DNA of 39,714 nt from Nitrososphaerales archaeon (GCA_965197925.1 CBDAOC010000011.1:1-39714), one strand, 5' to 3'; positions 1 to 10,814 are shown, numbered from the stretch's first letter. Program-made: numbers and translations. Notes: a model not told the origin generated them from the sequence alone.

Positions 1-703
1 CCATCAATGATTTGCCTTCGCTTTGTATCTTCTTTAGTCTCTTCTCAACTTTTTCAGCTTCAACAACTAAGTTAGTAGTATCACACCGACACGAAGGTGC
101 GAACTCTGCAAGTACTTCGGATACTACCGCAGCAGCACGAAAATCTGGTACATCTTTCAAAACTCTGATTAGAAATACTATAACGTCAATATTCTGTAAC
201 CTGCCCTCATTCAACAACACACCAGGTATTCCTGTTACTATTCCATGTTCCAGTATTTTGATATTTTTTGCCAGTACCTTGTTTATTGCACTTTCAGTAC
301 TAGCAACACTTAGCACATCAGTTCCATTTTCGTACTCCACTTCTTCAACAGGAAGACCCGCCGCGCTCAAGATAAGACAACACTGTTGACCTTTAGCCCA
401 CTTGAAAATTGTTCTACCTATCTCCTTTAGGAGCGGTTCCTTCAATTTTAGTTCAGATATGAAAATAGCCAACTTCATATCTTCATTTGCATATATTCTT
501 GCGGGAAAGTAAGGTTTTGATTTGTATATCGTTGACATTGAAGGAAACATTTCGGAATCAATGATTGCAACAGGTTCCAGTTGTAAGGATTCAACAATGC
601 ATTCAGAAGCGATGGCATTAGCAAGGCCAAGACCGGGAAAACCATCGATTAAAGTTCCACCTTGCAAATTTACAGATTTTAACTCATGAATTTCTATCCC
701 CAT
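1..703 (-). CDS. PAC2-family proteasome assembly chaperone (3' end outside window)
   Basis: Not in the ORF track. Translated by hand from ATG 703: MGIEIHELKSVNLQGGTLIDGFPGLGLANAIASE...GIVTGIPGVLL...PDFRAAAVV. The GFPGxG and PDxxAA motifs are typical of PAC2. Confidence 0.88.
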   Translation of the reverse strand, partial: MGIEIHELKSVNLQGGTLIDGFPGLGLANAIASECIVESLQLEPVAIIDSEMFPSMSTIYKSKPYFPARIYANEDMKLAIFISELKLKEPLLKEIGRTIFKWAKGQQCCLILSAAGLPVEEVEYENGTDVLSVASTESAINKVLAKNIKILEHGIVTGIPGVLLNEGRLQNIDVIVFLIRVLKDVPDFRAAAVVSEVLAEFAPSCRCDTTNLVVEAEKVEKRLKKIQSEGKSLM

Positions 704-740
704 GATAACTGTACGGTTAAAATACTATAAAAACATATGA

Positions 741-1502
741 TTATAAATTAAGAACTTTTTTCAAATTTTCGAGATTTTCTATACTAATATCATTTTTGTA
801 TTTTCTAAGTAATGAGATAACAGCGTCAACGGAATGAACTTCCAACAATTCTCTAATTTTCTTTGCTCTTGCGCCTCCGATGAAAAGGTATTGTACCGCA
901 CTAGTTAGATTTGTCAATCTTCGGTTAACACTAGCACTCTCAAAATCTATTATTGTAATCTTGTCTTCTACTATAACATGTTTGTCCATATAACTTAATT
1001 CTCCATGATCCAATCCAATTCTATCCAATCGATAGCATTGTTCCAAAACTTCTGATACAACATGCAATAGTTTCTCAGTTTTAATTTCATTCTCAAGAAA
1101 GTTGAATATGTTTACACCATCAACAAATTCTATCAGTAAAAAGTTTTTGCTATCATTTAAGAATATTGGGCCAACACCGGCATCGTTAGCAATTTTAAGA
1201 AATTCAGCTTCCCTGTGCATCGTTTCACGGTTAGCATCGATTCTTTTAATCTTTAATGCAATTATTCTATCATTAACAATCGCCTTTACAACGATGCTTA
1301 CGCATCCCTTTCCAAGCAAATTTAACCTTCCAATACTACTACTTCCTTCAAATAAGAGTGCGGTCACATCATTTGATTGTAATTCCCTTACTCTGCTCTG
1401 CAATTCTTCACGCGAACATCCGGGATAACCCAAAATTGGACAATAGGATTCCTTACCCAGAGCTTCTGTTTCAACCAAACGCGAATTGATCTGTTTCAAC
1501 AA
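741..1502 (-). CDS. RIO-like Ser/Thr protein kinase
   Basis: LGKGCVSIV Gly-loop, ALKIKR, HGELS catalytic loop, IIDFESA. Conserved archaeal position downstream of cca. Confidence 0.85.
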   Translation of the reverse strand: MLKQINSRLVETEALGKESYCPILGYPGCSREELQSRVRELQSNDVTALLFEGSSSIGRLNLLGKGCVSIVVKAIVNDRIIALKIKRIDANRETMHREAEFLKIANDAGVGPIFLNDSKNFLLIEFVDGVNIFNFLENEIKTEKLLHVVSEVLEQCYRLDRIGLDHGELSYMDKHVIVEDKITIIDFESASVNRRLTNLTSAVQYLFIGGARAKKIRELLEVHSVDAVISLLRKYKNDISIENLENLKKVLNL

Positions 1503-2829
1503 GTTCTCCCGTTATCTCCTTTGTGAACCCTTTCATCACATCTTTCAATTTATTACCAGTATAAATTTTGAACCCCCTGGTAATATCATGTATCAAACCC
1601 GGTGAAATACCACTGGCATTGAGGTTGTCTGAGAGAAGTATATTGAGAAACGTAACAACATCAACAAACTTGTTATCCAACAGAACAAATAACCTTGCAT
1701 TATCACCAATCCAGATGATATTACTTCCCCCTAGATTTTTCTTCAAAAATTTCTCGCTGTCATCACGGTCGAACAGCTCTGGGCCTTGTCTAACAATCTT
1801 TAGTGGCAATCGTGTAGAATCAAGCAAAAACACAAATACTGCACTTTGATTTTCATCCGTGGAGGTCGCAAACCGTATGACCCTAAACCCGTGAATTGAT
1901 AATTGTTTTGTAATGGCCTTTACACTGCTCTTTAACTGACCCCATATAATATCTGGACTTCTCTTCTGATAACGAAATTTTATTAAGATAAGATTTTCTG
2001 CAAATCCTATATGTTTCTTAGAGGAAACACTTTTGAAGAATCCTATGTCAGGTTCAGTGACAAATCTTCTGGCAGCTAATATCATTCTCCCCACACTTTC
2101 AGTAGAGATTGCAGTTCCAAGGTTCCTTTTGTTGTCAATCGGGTCTATGATAATCATAGTACTGTCGAAAAGTCCGATCATGTTCTCATTATAGCTCTCT
2201 AGACTGATCACTTGATTCTTATTAAATTCAGCAGCGGCCTGTAATACACCCATAAATGAGCCGTATTTTAATACCAACACTTCGCATACATATCCACTAA
2301 ATCCATTGATAGCTATCTCGGCACCATAAACTCCAATGGTTTTCATGAACTTCTTGAGTAGACTAGCTTCTCTTCTCCTCTCGGCATCATAAACTTTCTT
2401 TATGAACTCCGTATGATAAGGTGATCTATCTGCAGCGCTTTTCCATTTACCCTTTTCAACATCGTAACAAGGAACAACATTTACCCTAATCTTATCAACA
2501 ATAGCTTCGACATATGGATGTTCAGAATAACGAAGGTGTGGTTTATATTTTCTTAAAGCCTGCAATCCAAGCTCCCTTCCAATTTTTTCAAATCCCTTTT
2601 CATCCACTTCTGTTCTTACTTTAACGAATATATCAATATCAGCATCATTTTTCAACCATGTTTCCTTTGCATATGAACCTCCAAATAAAATGTCAACTGT
2701 GCCGTCGAAACTTTGGGAAGTTTCCCTTACCAAAGCAAATGCCTTCCTTGCTACTCTATTTACAAAATCTATTTCCATTTGTGTTGGTTCTACCATTTTC
2801 AACGCTTGCTTCAGAACGTCAGACATCAC
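1471..2829 (-). CDS. cca: CCA-adding enzyme, archaeal class I
   Basis: GGSYAKETWL..DADIDIF nucleotidyltransferase motif, SEHPY, SAADRSPYHT, GFSGY.CE, DPIDNKRN. Confidence 0.96.
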   Translation of the reverse strand: MMSDVLKQALKMVEPTQMEIDFVNRVARKAFALVRETSQSFDGTVDILFGGSYAKETWLKNDADIDIFVKVRTEVDEKGFEKIGRELGLQALRKYKPHLRYSEHPYVEAIVDKIRVNVVPCYDVEKGKWKSAADRSPYHTEFIKKVYDAERRREASLLKKFMKTIGVYGAEIAINGFSGYVCEVLVLKYGSFMGVLQAAAEFNKNQVISLESYNENMIGLFDSTMIIIDPIDNKRNLGTAISTESVGRMILAARRFVTEPDIGFFKSVSSKKHIGFAENLILIKFRYQKRSPDIIWGQLKSSVKAITKQLSIHGFRVIRFATSTDENQSAVFVFLLDSTRLPLKIVRQGPELFDRDDSEKFLKKNLGGSNIIWIGDNARLFVLLDNKFVDVVTFLNILLSDNLNASGISPGLIHDITRGFKIYTGNKLKDVMKGFTKEITGELVETDQFAFG

Positions 2830-3371
2830 TTGTTCCCCACTGAAAAGAGGTCATCATAAATTGGACCACTTGTTGTAAGATAACTTTTCTTGACCTTCAC
2901 AGTACTTAACGTCTCCGTTCCAAACGTTTTTTCTTTAAAATTCATCAAGCCATCAAATTGTGGTATCTTACCTTTGACTCTGAATAATGTAATATGGGGT
3001 TTGAATGGTTTGTCACTTTTGAATCCTAAAGTAGACAATCTGGACTCTACTTCTTTTGCCAGATCTATCAACTTTGATGCAGAATCATCATCAACCCCCA
3101 TCCATATCACTCTAACGAACTTGGGATTTGGAAACACTCCAACGCCTGTATATGTAACTTGTATGGGTTCAAATTTTATATCAGATAATTTACTCTTTAT
3201 TGATTCCAACATCACAGTATTAATTTCACCCAAAAACATGAGAGTGAAATGTAATTGGTTTGCTTTTACAGTTTTGGCCTGTAAGCCGGTTTCTAAAACT
3301 GTTTTCTGAAAATCAATAATACTCTGCACTGTTTCTTTGTTGCTAACTTCTACTGCTACAAAGGTACGCAT
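2826..3371 (-). CDS. thpR: RNA 2',3'-cyclic phosphodiesterase (2H family)
   Basis: MRTFVAVE start, two HxT motifs (HFTL, PHITL), C-terminal GPIY. Confidence 0.93.
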   Translation of the reverse strand: MRTFVAVEVSNKETVQSIIDFQKTVLETGLQAKTVKANQLHFTLMFLGEINTVMLESIKSKLSDIKFEPIQVTYTGVGVFPNPKFVRVIWMGVDDDSASKLIDLAKEVESRLSTLGFKSDKPFKPHITLFRVKGKIPQFDGLMNFKEKTFGTETLSTVKVKKSYLTTSGPIYDDLFSVGNK

Positions 3372-3451
3372 TTTTTGTCAGTTAGAGAGAAAGTGCATAT
3401 ATTGCTTGTGGTAAATATCTAAACACCGTTGGGAAAAATATACATCAACAA

Positions 3452-3870
3452 TCATTCACCTATCACCTTGACTAGGACTTTTTTTTGCGTTGAACATCAA
3501 ATTCTCCGTAAAAGATCTGTTCCCAAGGACCAAAATCAAGTTTTCCACTTGTGATTGCAATTATAACTTCGCGGCCCATTATCTGACGTTTCAGGTGTGC
3601 GTCTGCATTATTTTCTCCAGTGAAAATGTGGTTATACTGACCTGTTGGATCATGCGGAGCCAACTCTTCTAACCATTTCTCAAAATCTGTATGTAGCCCC
3701 TTTTCATCATCATTGATGAAAACACTCGCTGTGATATGCATTGCATTGACCAAACAAAACCCTTCTTTTATTTTACTCTTTTTCACAATCTCTTCTACAT
3801 TCTTGGTTATGTTTATGACGATCCTTCTTATCTGAGTATTGAATGTAAAGTATTCTGTTAATGACTTCAC
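3452..3870 (-). CDS. yjbQ: YjbQ/UPF0047 protein; last ~10 codons frameshifted at an A8 run
   Basis: [36 protein letters not shown]. The ORF stops at 3472, but one extra A in the run at 3479-3486 restores [12 protein letters not shown] ending at 3452. Confidence 0.85.
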
Positions 3871-3978
3871 GATCTTATATTCATTACAAATGCTAATAAT
3901 ATTACCACCCTTTGCGTCAGGCTTAAATATATACCATCAATGATAAGATTTTATTCCTTCCTGATTACATCAGGTGCA

Positions 3979-4545
3979 ATGCCCACTTCGCTAATCATTT
4001 GTATAACAGGAATGCCTGGTGCCGGAAAGACAACGGTAGCTAATATGCTTAAGAAAAATCATTTTAAAATAATTACTATGGGGGATGTTATCAGAGAAGA
4101 AGCCACTAGACAAGGTTTGGAGCAGGATGATGTTAACTTGGGAAAACTAATGCTTGAACTAAGGCAGGACTTGGGTCTTGGTGCTATTGCACACCTCATA
4201 GTTCAAAATTTGGCAAAGGACCATAGCATGTTAATCGCTATTGATGGCATCCGAAGCATGCAAGAAGTAGAGGTATTACGGAATCATGGAGTAGTAAAAA
4301 TTCTTGGAATACATACACCTAAAGACTCGCGTTTCAAATATCTAATGGGCAGGGGTAGAAAAGATGCTCCCAACAATGAGGAGGAGTTCTTGTATAGAGA
4401 CAAAAGAGAGCTTGACCTAGGTTTAAGTAAAGTAATTTCTTATTCAGACAGTATATTAACTAATGATATGACTCTAAAAGAACTACAAGAAAAAGTGTTA
4501 GAGATAACTCAAAGATGGTGTAAGGAAGTTGAAACAACCTCCTGA
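3979..4545 (+). CDS. Archaeal dephospho-CoA kinase-like P-loop protein (UPF0200)
   Basis: ITGMPGAGKTT, MGDVIREEA, IDGIRS, RGRKDAP, RDKREL. ATG 3979 is preferred over 3940. Confidence 0.85.
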   Translation: MPTSLIICITGMPGAGKTTVANMLKKNHFKIITMGDVIREEATRQGLEQDDVNLGKLMLELRQDLGLGAIAHLIVQNLAKDHSMLIAIDGIRSMQEVEVLRNHGVVKILGIHTPKDSRFKYLMGRGRKDAPNNEEEFLYRDKRELDLGLSKVISYSDSILTNDMTLKELQEKVLEITQRWCKEVETTS

Positions 4546-4924
4546 TGTGCCGTTAAGTATAACGGCGGAATGTCGTGTATTCCTGTCAGAAGATTCTGGT
4601 AAGGTAATTAATGCAGTTAAGAACATACTAGTTGACTGCGAGCCAACAATTATCGACAACAAAGTACTAGCTGAATCAAAAAAAGTAAAATCCTTAGCCA
4701 AGATTTACGAACATGTAAGATCAAGAGCAATACTTGGGGTATTTAGGAGAATTTTAGAATATAATACATTTTTAAGTTCTACCTGGTTCAATCTCAACAA
4801 ACAAGCTGCATATGCAGGGATAGTATCTATATGCGAGGAAGAATCTGAATCTCCCCTAGGGCCAATAAGAATCACAATTACGAGCAATCAATTACCATTG
4901 ATAATTAACTGGCTCATATCATAA
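4529..4924 (+). CDS. UPF0201/DUF54 RNA-binding protein
   Basis: SED..KV..AVKNI, LNKQAAYAG, ESPLGPI. Usual partner of UPF0200. Confidence 0.85.
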   Translation: MKQPPDVPLSITAECRVFLSEDSGKVINAVKNILVDCEPTIIDNKVLAESKKVKSLAKIYEHVRSRAILGVFRRILEYNTFLSSTWFNLNKQAAYAGIVSICEEESESPLGPIRITITSNQLPLIINWLIS

Positions 4925-5237
4925 GTACTCCAACTCATAATCCACAACAATCCTCATATAGATAACTGCTATAGAGTTAGTAAGAGATATGATATTACCC
5001 TAAGAAAATCCTCAATAATCCACTACGTCACAAATATAGCTTATTTAGAAAATAAATTATCATTATGATGTATGGGAATAAATCTCACTGACAATTATGG
5101 AAGGGTTACAACCAAATAACCTAATCCCGAGAGTCAGAGACTAAAGTGTTGATTAATGATAGTAGGAAATGTGGATGTGACTTGCTCCTATATTGAATTC
5201 ACAACAAATGCAAGTCAAAAGAAATTAGTAATTACTC

Positions 5238-6322
5238 GAGGCTTGGGCATAATTTAGTTCGAAACGATAAGATCAGGTTCCATTTTTCATTGGTAATGTG
5301 TTTAGCTCAGACTCGATACTTCTTCGTATATTATTTTTGATTGGTGTGATTCGGTCAAAACCTAATAGGAAAAGTAGACCATTCTACTATTCTCCTACAG
5401 TTATGGTGAGATGCTTCATCGTTAGAGTATGGATAAGAATACCAAGCAACAATGCTTTGCATGAAACTTTTTGATAGACATGCCATACAACAGGAAGGTA
5501 ATGAAGGCATGTGGTCTTGATAGGTTGCCAGACAGAAGAACATTCGACAGAAGGTCAAGGCCGTATCAATTGACATAAGATCAAGGATAGATGTTATGGG
5601 TATGCTCTTCATAAAAGATGGGTTGGTAGACCCAGCCATAGTATCCGTTGACAGTTCATTGTTGAAAGCAAAGGGACATGTATGGCATAGATCAAACATG
5701 AAGAAGAATGAAGTGCCACGCTCGGGTATAGATACAGATGCTCGATGGGGATTCAGCAGAACCAAGGGACGGGTATTCGGATACAAGATGCATCTAGCAT
5801 GTAGTACTGGTTCGTTGATAGTTCCATTGTCAGCTGATTTCACAACAGCTAACATTACTGATAACAAGATGTATGAAAGCATAACATCTTCATTGCCTAC
5901 AGGAATGGTAAGGTATGTTGTAGGAGATGAAGGATATGATGATCACAAGTTATGTGATTTCAGCAGGTATAGAGGGCATCCAGTATTCCCATTGGAAAGG
6001 TACAAGCATACTACAGATAATAGACTGGCATTGCTGCAGTTCTATAACTCTGAATTTGGACAGCATGTATATTCTCGGAGGAGCATAAGCGTTGAGCCAT
6101 TGATAGAGCATATGAAGGATGTATTTACCATAGATCCATTGCCAGTTAGAGGATTTGATAAAGCTAGGAGCATCGTTCTGATTTCTATATTGCTATACCA
6201 GCTGATGGTATACTATAACTACTTGACAGGAAGACCATTAAGGGCATTGAAGCACATGTTGGGAAGTTAATCAATCAGAGGCATCAAGTTATTTTTGTTA
6301 TATGGAATAATGCCCATGCCTC
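5238..6322 (+). mobile_element. IS copy A, 1085 bp, DDE_Tnp_1-type transposase (IS5/IS982-like; family unresolved)
   Basis: Imperfect TIRs GAGGCTTGGGCATAATT / GAGGCATGGGCATTATT. Ends defined by comparison with the two other copies. Confidence 0.92.
5596..6270 (+). CDS. Transposase catalytic domain (N-terminal part upstream is frameshifted)
   Basis: VDSSLLKA, DTDARWG, GYKMHLA, GDEGYD, RRSISVE. Upstream fragments RPFYYSPTVMVRCFIVRVW and LPDRRTFDRR are in other frames. Confidence 0.85.
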   Translation: MGMLFIKDGLVDPAIVSVDSSLLKAKGHVWHRSNMKKNEVPRSGIDTDARWGFSRTKGRVFGYKMHLACSTGSLIVPLSADFTTANITDNKMYESITSSLPTGMVRYVVGDEGYDDHKLCDFSRYRGHPVFPLERYKHTTDNRLALLQFYNSEFGQHVYSRRSISVEPLIEHMKDVFTIDPLPVRGFDKARSIVLISILLYQLMVYYNYLTGRPLRALKHMLGS

Positions 6323-6518
6323 ACCTAGTTATTGAACTGTTAGAGGTCAAACTAATAATAAGCATGGGTAACATCACTTTTGTGTAAAGATATGTTCGTT
6401 GAAGATCTAGACTGTAAACTACAATCCCTAGAGGGTATGACTTTGATCTTTAGAAATAAGAATAGAGTATAAGAATCGCAAGTAAAAATACTTCGAGTCA
6501 TTAAAAGGCTAGATAATT

Positions 6519-7603
6519 GAGGCATGGACATAATTCCATATAACAAAAATAACTTGATGCCTCTGATTGATTAACTTCCCAACATGTGCTTCAATGCCCT
6601 TAATGGTCTTCCTGTCAAGTAGTTATAGTATACCATCAGCTGGTATAGCAATATAGAAATCAGAACGATGCTCCTAGCTTTATCAAATCCTCTAACTGGC
6701 AATGGATCTATGGTAAATACATCCTTCATATGCTCTATCAATGGCTCAACGCTTATGCTCCTCCGAGAATATACATGCTGTCCAAATTCAGAGTTATAGA
6801 ACTGCAGCAATGCCAGTCTATTATCTGTAGTATGCTTGTACCTTTCCAATGGGAATACTGGATGCCCTCTATACCTGCTGAAATCACATAACTTGTGATC
6901 ATCATATCCTTCATCTCCTACAACATACCTTACCATTCCTGTAGGCAATGAAGATGTTATGCTTTCATACATCTTGTTATCAGTAATGTTAGCTGTTGTG
7001 AAATCAGCTGACAATGGAACTATCAACGAACCAGTACTACATGCTAGATGCATCTTGTATCCGAATACCCGTCCCTTGGTTCTGCTGAATCCCCATCGAG
7101 CATCTGTATCTATACCCGAGCGTGGCACTTCATTCTTCTTCATGTTTGATCTATGCCATACATGTCCCTTTGCTTTCAACAATGAACTGTCAACGGATAC
7201 TATGGCTGGGTCTACCAACCCATCTTTTATGAAGAGCATACCCATAACATCTATCCTTGATCTTATGTCAATTGATACGGCCTTGACCTTCTGTCGAATG
7301 TTCTTCTGTCTGGCAACCTATCAAGACCACATGCCTTCATTACCTTCCTGTTGTATGGCATGTCTATCAAAAAGTTTCATGCAAAGCATTGTTGCTTGGT
7401 ATTCTTATCCATACTCTAACGATGAAGCATCTCACCATAACTGTAGGAGAATAGTAGAATGGTCTACTTTTCCTATTAGGTTTTGACCGAATCACACCAA
7501 TCAAAAATAATATACGAAGAAGTATCGAGTCTGAGCTAAACACATTACCAATGAAAAATGGAACCTGATCTTATCGTTTCGAACTAAATTATGCCCAAGC
7601 CTC
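6519..7603 (-). mobile_element. IS copy B, inverted relative to copy A
   Basis: Reverse complement of 5238-6322 with the same length and an identical transposase translation. The right TIR differs at 2 positions. Confidence 0.92.
6571..7245 (-). CDS. Transposase catalytic domain (identical to copy A)
   Basis: 224-aa translation identical to 5596-6270. Confidence 0.85.
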   Translation of the reverse strand: MGMLFIKDGLVDPAIVSVDSSLLKAKGHVWHRSNMKKNEVPRSGIDTDARWGFSRTKGRVFGYKMHLACSTGSLIVPLSADFTTANITDNKMYESITSSLPTGMVRYVVGDEGYDDHKLCDFSRYRGHPVFPLERYKHTTDNRLALLQFYNSEFGQHVYSRRSISVEPLIEHMKDVFTIDPLPVRGFDKARSIVLISILLYQLMVYYNYLTGRPLRALKHMLGS

Positions 7604-7965
7604 AGGTATCTACATTCTTTTCCTTTGATAGGAAGGTCTAGGGAGTCTTAATCTAATGAACAACCTGTCTTGATGTAAATTTAATGCTACCAATACGATA
7701 CTTACCAATACCATTTTTTATAATACAAGATTGACCATATCTAATGAAGCAAGGGCAATAATATCTTTGCTTACATTAGGTTTTTGTTTTGTGATTTTAG
7801 AATACGGCAAATAGCAGAATCTTAGATTCTATTTGGAAATTCAAGAATTAACTAAAATCATAGTGAAATATCCTCTACACATCCTCAATTATGACGTTAA
7901 CAATTATTGGTACTTCAAAGTCTAGTATTGGTGACCAAAAATTAATAATGAGAGTGGTAGTTTGA

Positions 7966-8328
7966 GTGTGCATGGTCGTGACAATAACTAAAGTACAAGA
8001 AATAATGAAGGATTTTATCTCAGAAAGAGGCTGGGAAAAGTATCAGAATGCAAAGAACATAGCAATATCAATCTGCGTGGAAGCTGGAGAATTACTTGAA
8101 ATATTTCAATGGTCAGACTGCGAGAGCAATAAGAAGGAACTCCTAGCCATCAAAATAAAACAAGATATTGAGAAAGAACTTGCCGATGTAATACTATATT
8201 GTGCTAGTATGGGAAATATTTTGAATATAGATCTGGGGCGTGCAATCATTGAGAAGATGGAAGAAAATAAAACGAAATACCCAGTGGATAAAGTAAAAAA
8301 TAATTATACAAAATTTACTCAACTGTAG
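7966..8328 (+). CDS. MazG-like nucleotide pyrophosphohydrolase (dCTP pyrophosphatase 1-like)
   Basis: F..ERGWEKYQ.AKNIAISICVEAGELLEIFQW, ELADVILY, KMEENKTKYP. Confidence 0.9.
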   Translation: MCMVVTITKVQEIMKDFISERGWEKYQNAKNIAISICVEAGELLEIFQWSDCESNKKELLAIKIKQDIEKELADVILYCASMGNILNIDLGRAIIEKMEENKTKYPVDKVKNNYTKFTQL

Positions 8329-8802
8329 TTGTTGTAATTGATAAGCTCAAAGAATCATGGAAGATGGGTCCGAGTGATGAGAAAACCTTGAATAAATTCC
8401 CAGAAAGTGGAATAGTGATGTCTAATCAAACATGAAGAACATATACCCAAGAAGAAGATTTGTTTGTGTATCCCCCATCATATTAGTTAAGATAATTTTT
8501 ACCAGCTACTTTGAGACTATCGTGCCATGATCACCCGGCCTGGATAATTTCGGTTTGTTGCTTAGGTAATAAATGTAAAGTCAAAGTGATACATAATGAT
8601 ACTAAATTATTTCTTTAATTGTCTCATTGCGATTCTAGATAATGGATTGCCAGAATGAAAAGGAATAGATATTTTAAGCCAGGCAGAATATAAACAACTT
8701 TCTAATCAGGAATTGAATAGGGTAAACCCTATTATAGAATAATTTTCTAAAAAGTATATGATTGCTACCGAGTCCCGTCGTATAATTGCTTTTGCCATTA
8801 AC

Positions 8803-9363
8803 TCAAATCATATTTGTATACGATCTACTATTCCATATCATAGAAACTATATGTTCCCTTAACTCTCTCTTCTCAAAATCACCTCTATATGCTAAAGTCA
8901 TTATCTTACTGTTATTTTTGACACCACGCATGCGCATGCACATATGATCTCCCTCTGCCAAAACTAACGCACCTTTAACACCCATCATCTGTAACTCATC
9001 GGCAACTTGTTTTGTAAGTCGTTCCTGTATTTGCAGACGCTTAGCATACTTTTCAACTAGCCGTACAAGTTTTGATATTCCAAACACTTTATTATTAGGA
9101 ATGTACGCTAAATGCACTTTTCCAAAAAATGGTAGTAAATGATGTTCACACATACTATAAAACTGAATTTCCCTTACAACCACAACATCATTACTTTCCG
9201 TAAACTGTACATCTAGTTCAGAATCCATCTTGTAACCATCAAGTATCTCTTCATATAGGTCCGCGATCCTCCTTGGAGTTTCCCTCAATCCCTCCCTATC
9301 AGGATTCTCTCCAATTTCTATCAGTAACTCTCTAACCAGGTTCTTTACTCTCTCCTTGTTCAC
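8803..9363 (-). CDS. folE: GTP cyclohydrolase I
   Basis: [51 protein letters not shown]. Confidence 0.96.
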   Translation of the reverse strand: MNKERVKNLVRELLIEIGENPDREGLRETPRRIADLYEEILDGYKMDSELDVQFTESNDVVVVREIQFYSMCEHHLLPFFGKVHLAYIPNNKVFGISKLVRLVEKYAKRLQIQERLTKQVADELQMMGVKGALVLAEGDHMCMRMRGVKNNSKIMTLAYRGDFEKRELREHIVSMIWNSRSYTNMI

Positions 9364-10085
9364 TATCTCACACCTATCATTTTCTGTAATTGTGGGACGA
9401 TACGAACTTGCTTATAGTGGGGGTATACAATATCATAAAATTGAAATAACTGATCCAATGCAGGTTCACTTTGTCCATAAACAGGCTGTATGATAAAACC
9501 CTCTATATCTACTGATTTTATCTTATTAAATATCATTTTTGTAAGTTCCTCGAATTCTTTTTTGTTGCTTTGACTAGTAACTACGACCTTAATGTAGGTT
9601 GCCCTTTTCTCTTTAATAGCTTCCTCAAGACAAGTTAGTTCGTTTTCTAGTAAATTTCTGTAATGTTCAGCATCAACGGCTTCCGAATCACTTAACTTGA
9701 ATTCAACCTTGCATATATCTATAGATGGTAAGATCTCTTTGAATCTTTCCGAATCAAAGCAAGAAGATTCAATATATGTAAGCAGACCTTTGTGTTTAAC
9801 ATGCTTGGCCATTTCAAATACAGCAATGTGCTGCAATAAGGGTTCGCCACCAGTAAAGTTGACTTTGTAAGTATTTTGCAATAAATTATCATCGATCATC
9901 TTTACTACTTCACTTACTTCATACTCTTGACCATCTTTCATCGATAGAGCATAAGGGGTATCACACCAGAAGCATTTCAAGTGGCACCCGGCTAGTCTAA
10001 CAAACATGGTTTTTGTTCCAAAGTAGACTCCCTCTCCTTCAACACTCGTGAAAATTTCGCTAAGTCTTACTTTCAATCTGATCAC
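9363..10085 (-). CDS. queE: 7-carboxy-7-deazaguanine synthase (radical SAM)
   Basis: [39 protein letters not shown]. Confidence 0.95.
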   Translation of the reverse strand: MIRLKVRLSEIFTSVEGEGVYFGTKTMFVRLAGCHLKCFWCDTPYALSMKDGQEYEVSEVVKMIDDNLLQNTYKVNFTGGEPLLQHIAVFEMAKHVKHKGLLTYIESSCFDSERFKEILPSIDICKVEFKLSDSEAVDAEHYRNLLENELTCLEEAIKEKRATYIKVVVTSQSNKKEFEELTKMIFNKIKSVDIEGFIIQPVYGQSEPALDQLFQFYDIVYPHYKQVRIVPQLQKMIGVR

Positions 10086-10777
10086 TCACTATACTTCGTC
10101 CTATCAATTATCTCAGCCTCAATAAATGCGTTCTTTCGATTTATACATGATTCACACTTCCCACAATGTAGTACTGCAGTTTTATGTATGACACCGTTAG
10201 TATAACAACTCCATGTTTCGAACAATTTGTCACCTAATACTTTATACCCTATCCGTAACAAATCTTTCTTGCCAAACATGTCTGTTGCTGGAGACCAGAT
10301 TTTGATCTCTCTCCTAACTCTTTTCATTATTCCATCCATTTCTGCGAGGTTAATAGTTTCATTTATAGACTTAACAAACTCTGGCCTGCAATCGGGATAA
10401 TTGAAGTCACCTTTATGTGCCCCATAAGCAATTATCTCTGCATTTATGCTAAAAGCCCAAGCAGATGCTATACTTATGAAAATCGCATTTCTAACTGGAA
10501 CAACTATATTGTAGTTGAACTCGCCAGGTATTGATGAATTCGCGTTAGTCAATACATTGCTTCCCCTGTAAAGCTCTCCCATGAAACCCATATCAACCAC
10601 CTTGTGATCGCTTACACTTAGATAATCACCAATCACCTTTGCTCTCTCCACTTCTCTCCTGCTTCTTTGCCCATAGTAAAATGTGATAAAGTATAGATCA
10701 TGTCCTATACTTTTCAAGTGTGCAGCTGTACAAGTGGAATCAGCACCTCCACTAATTATACAAACAGTTTTTACCAA
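10082..10777 (-). CDS. queC: 7-cyano-7-deazaguanine synthase
   Basis: SGGADS PP-loop, YGQR, VPVRNAIF, YPDCRPEF, TWSCY, HCGKCESC. Confidence 0.95.
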   Translation of the reverse strand: MVKTVCIISGGADSTCTAAHLKSIGHDLYFITFYYGQRSRREVERAKVIGDYLSVSDHKVVDMGFMGELYRGSNVLTNANSSIPGEFNYNIVVPVRNAIFISIASAWAFSINAEIIAYGAHKGDFNYPDCRPEFVKSINETINLAEMDGIMKRVRREIKIWSPATDMFGKKDLLRIGYKVLGDKLFETWSCYTNGVIHKTAVLHCGKCESCINRKNAFIEAEIIDRTKYSE

Positions 10778-10814
10778 GACAGATGGACTACAGATAAGTG
10801 ACTAATAAATCACC

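Noticed and set aside
12..389. Antisense ORFs here and over cca, thpR, coxA, copA, npdG and the sulfatases
   Set aside because: They overlap well-supported genes on the other strand and lack motifs.
5355..5882. 175-aa antisense ORF in each IS copy (also 6959-7486 and 29230-29691)
   Set aside because: Shadow of the transposase strand, and truncated in copy C.
8803..10777. Dpd-type 7-deazaguanine DNA modification island
   Set aside because: No dpdA-K genes in the window; archaeosine synthesis explains these genes.
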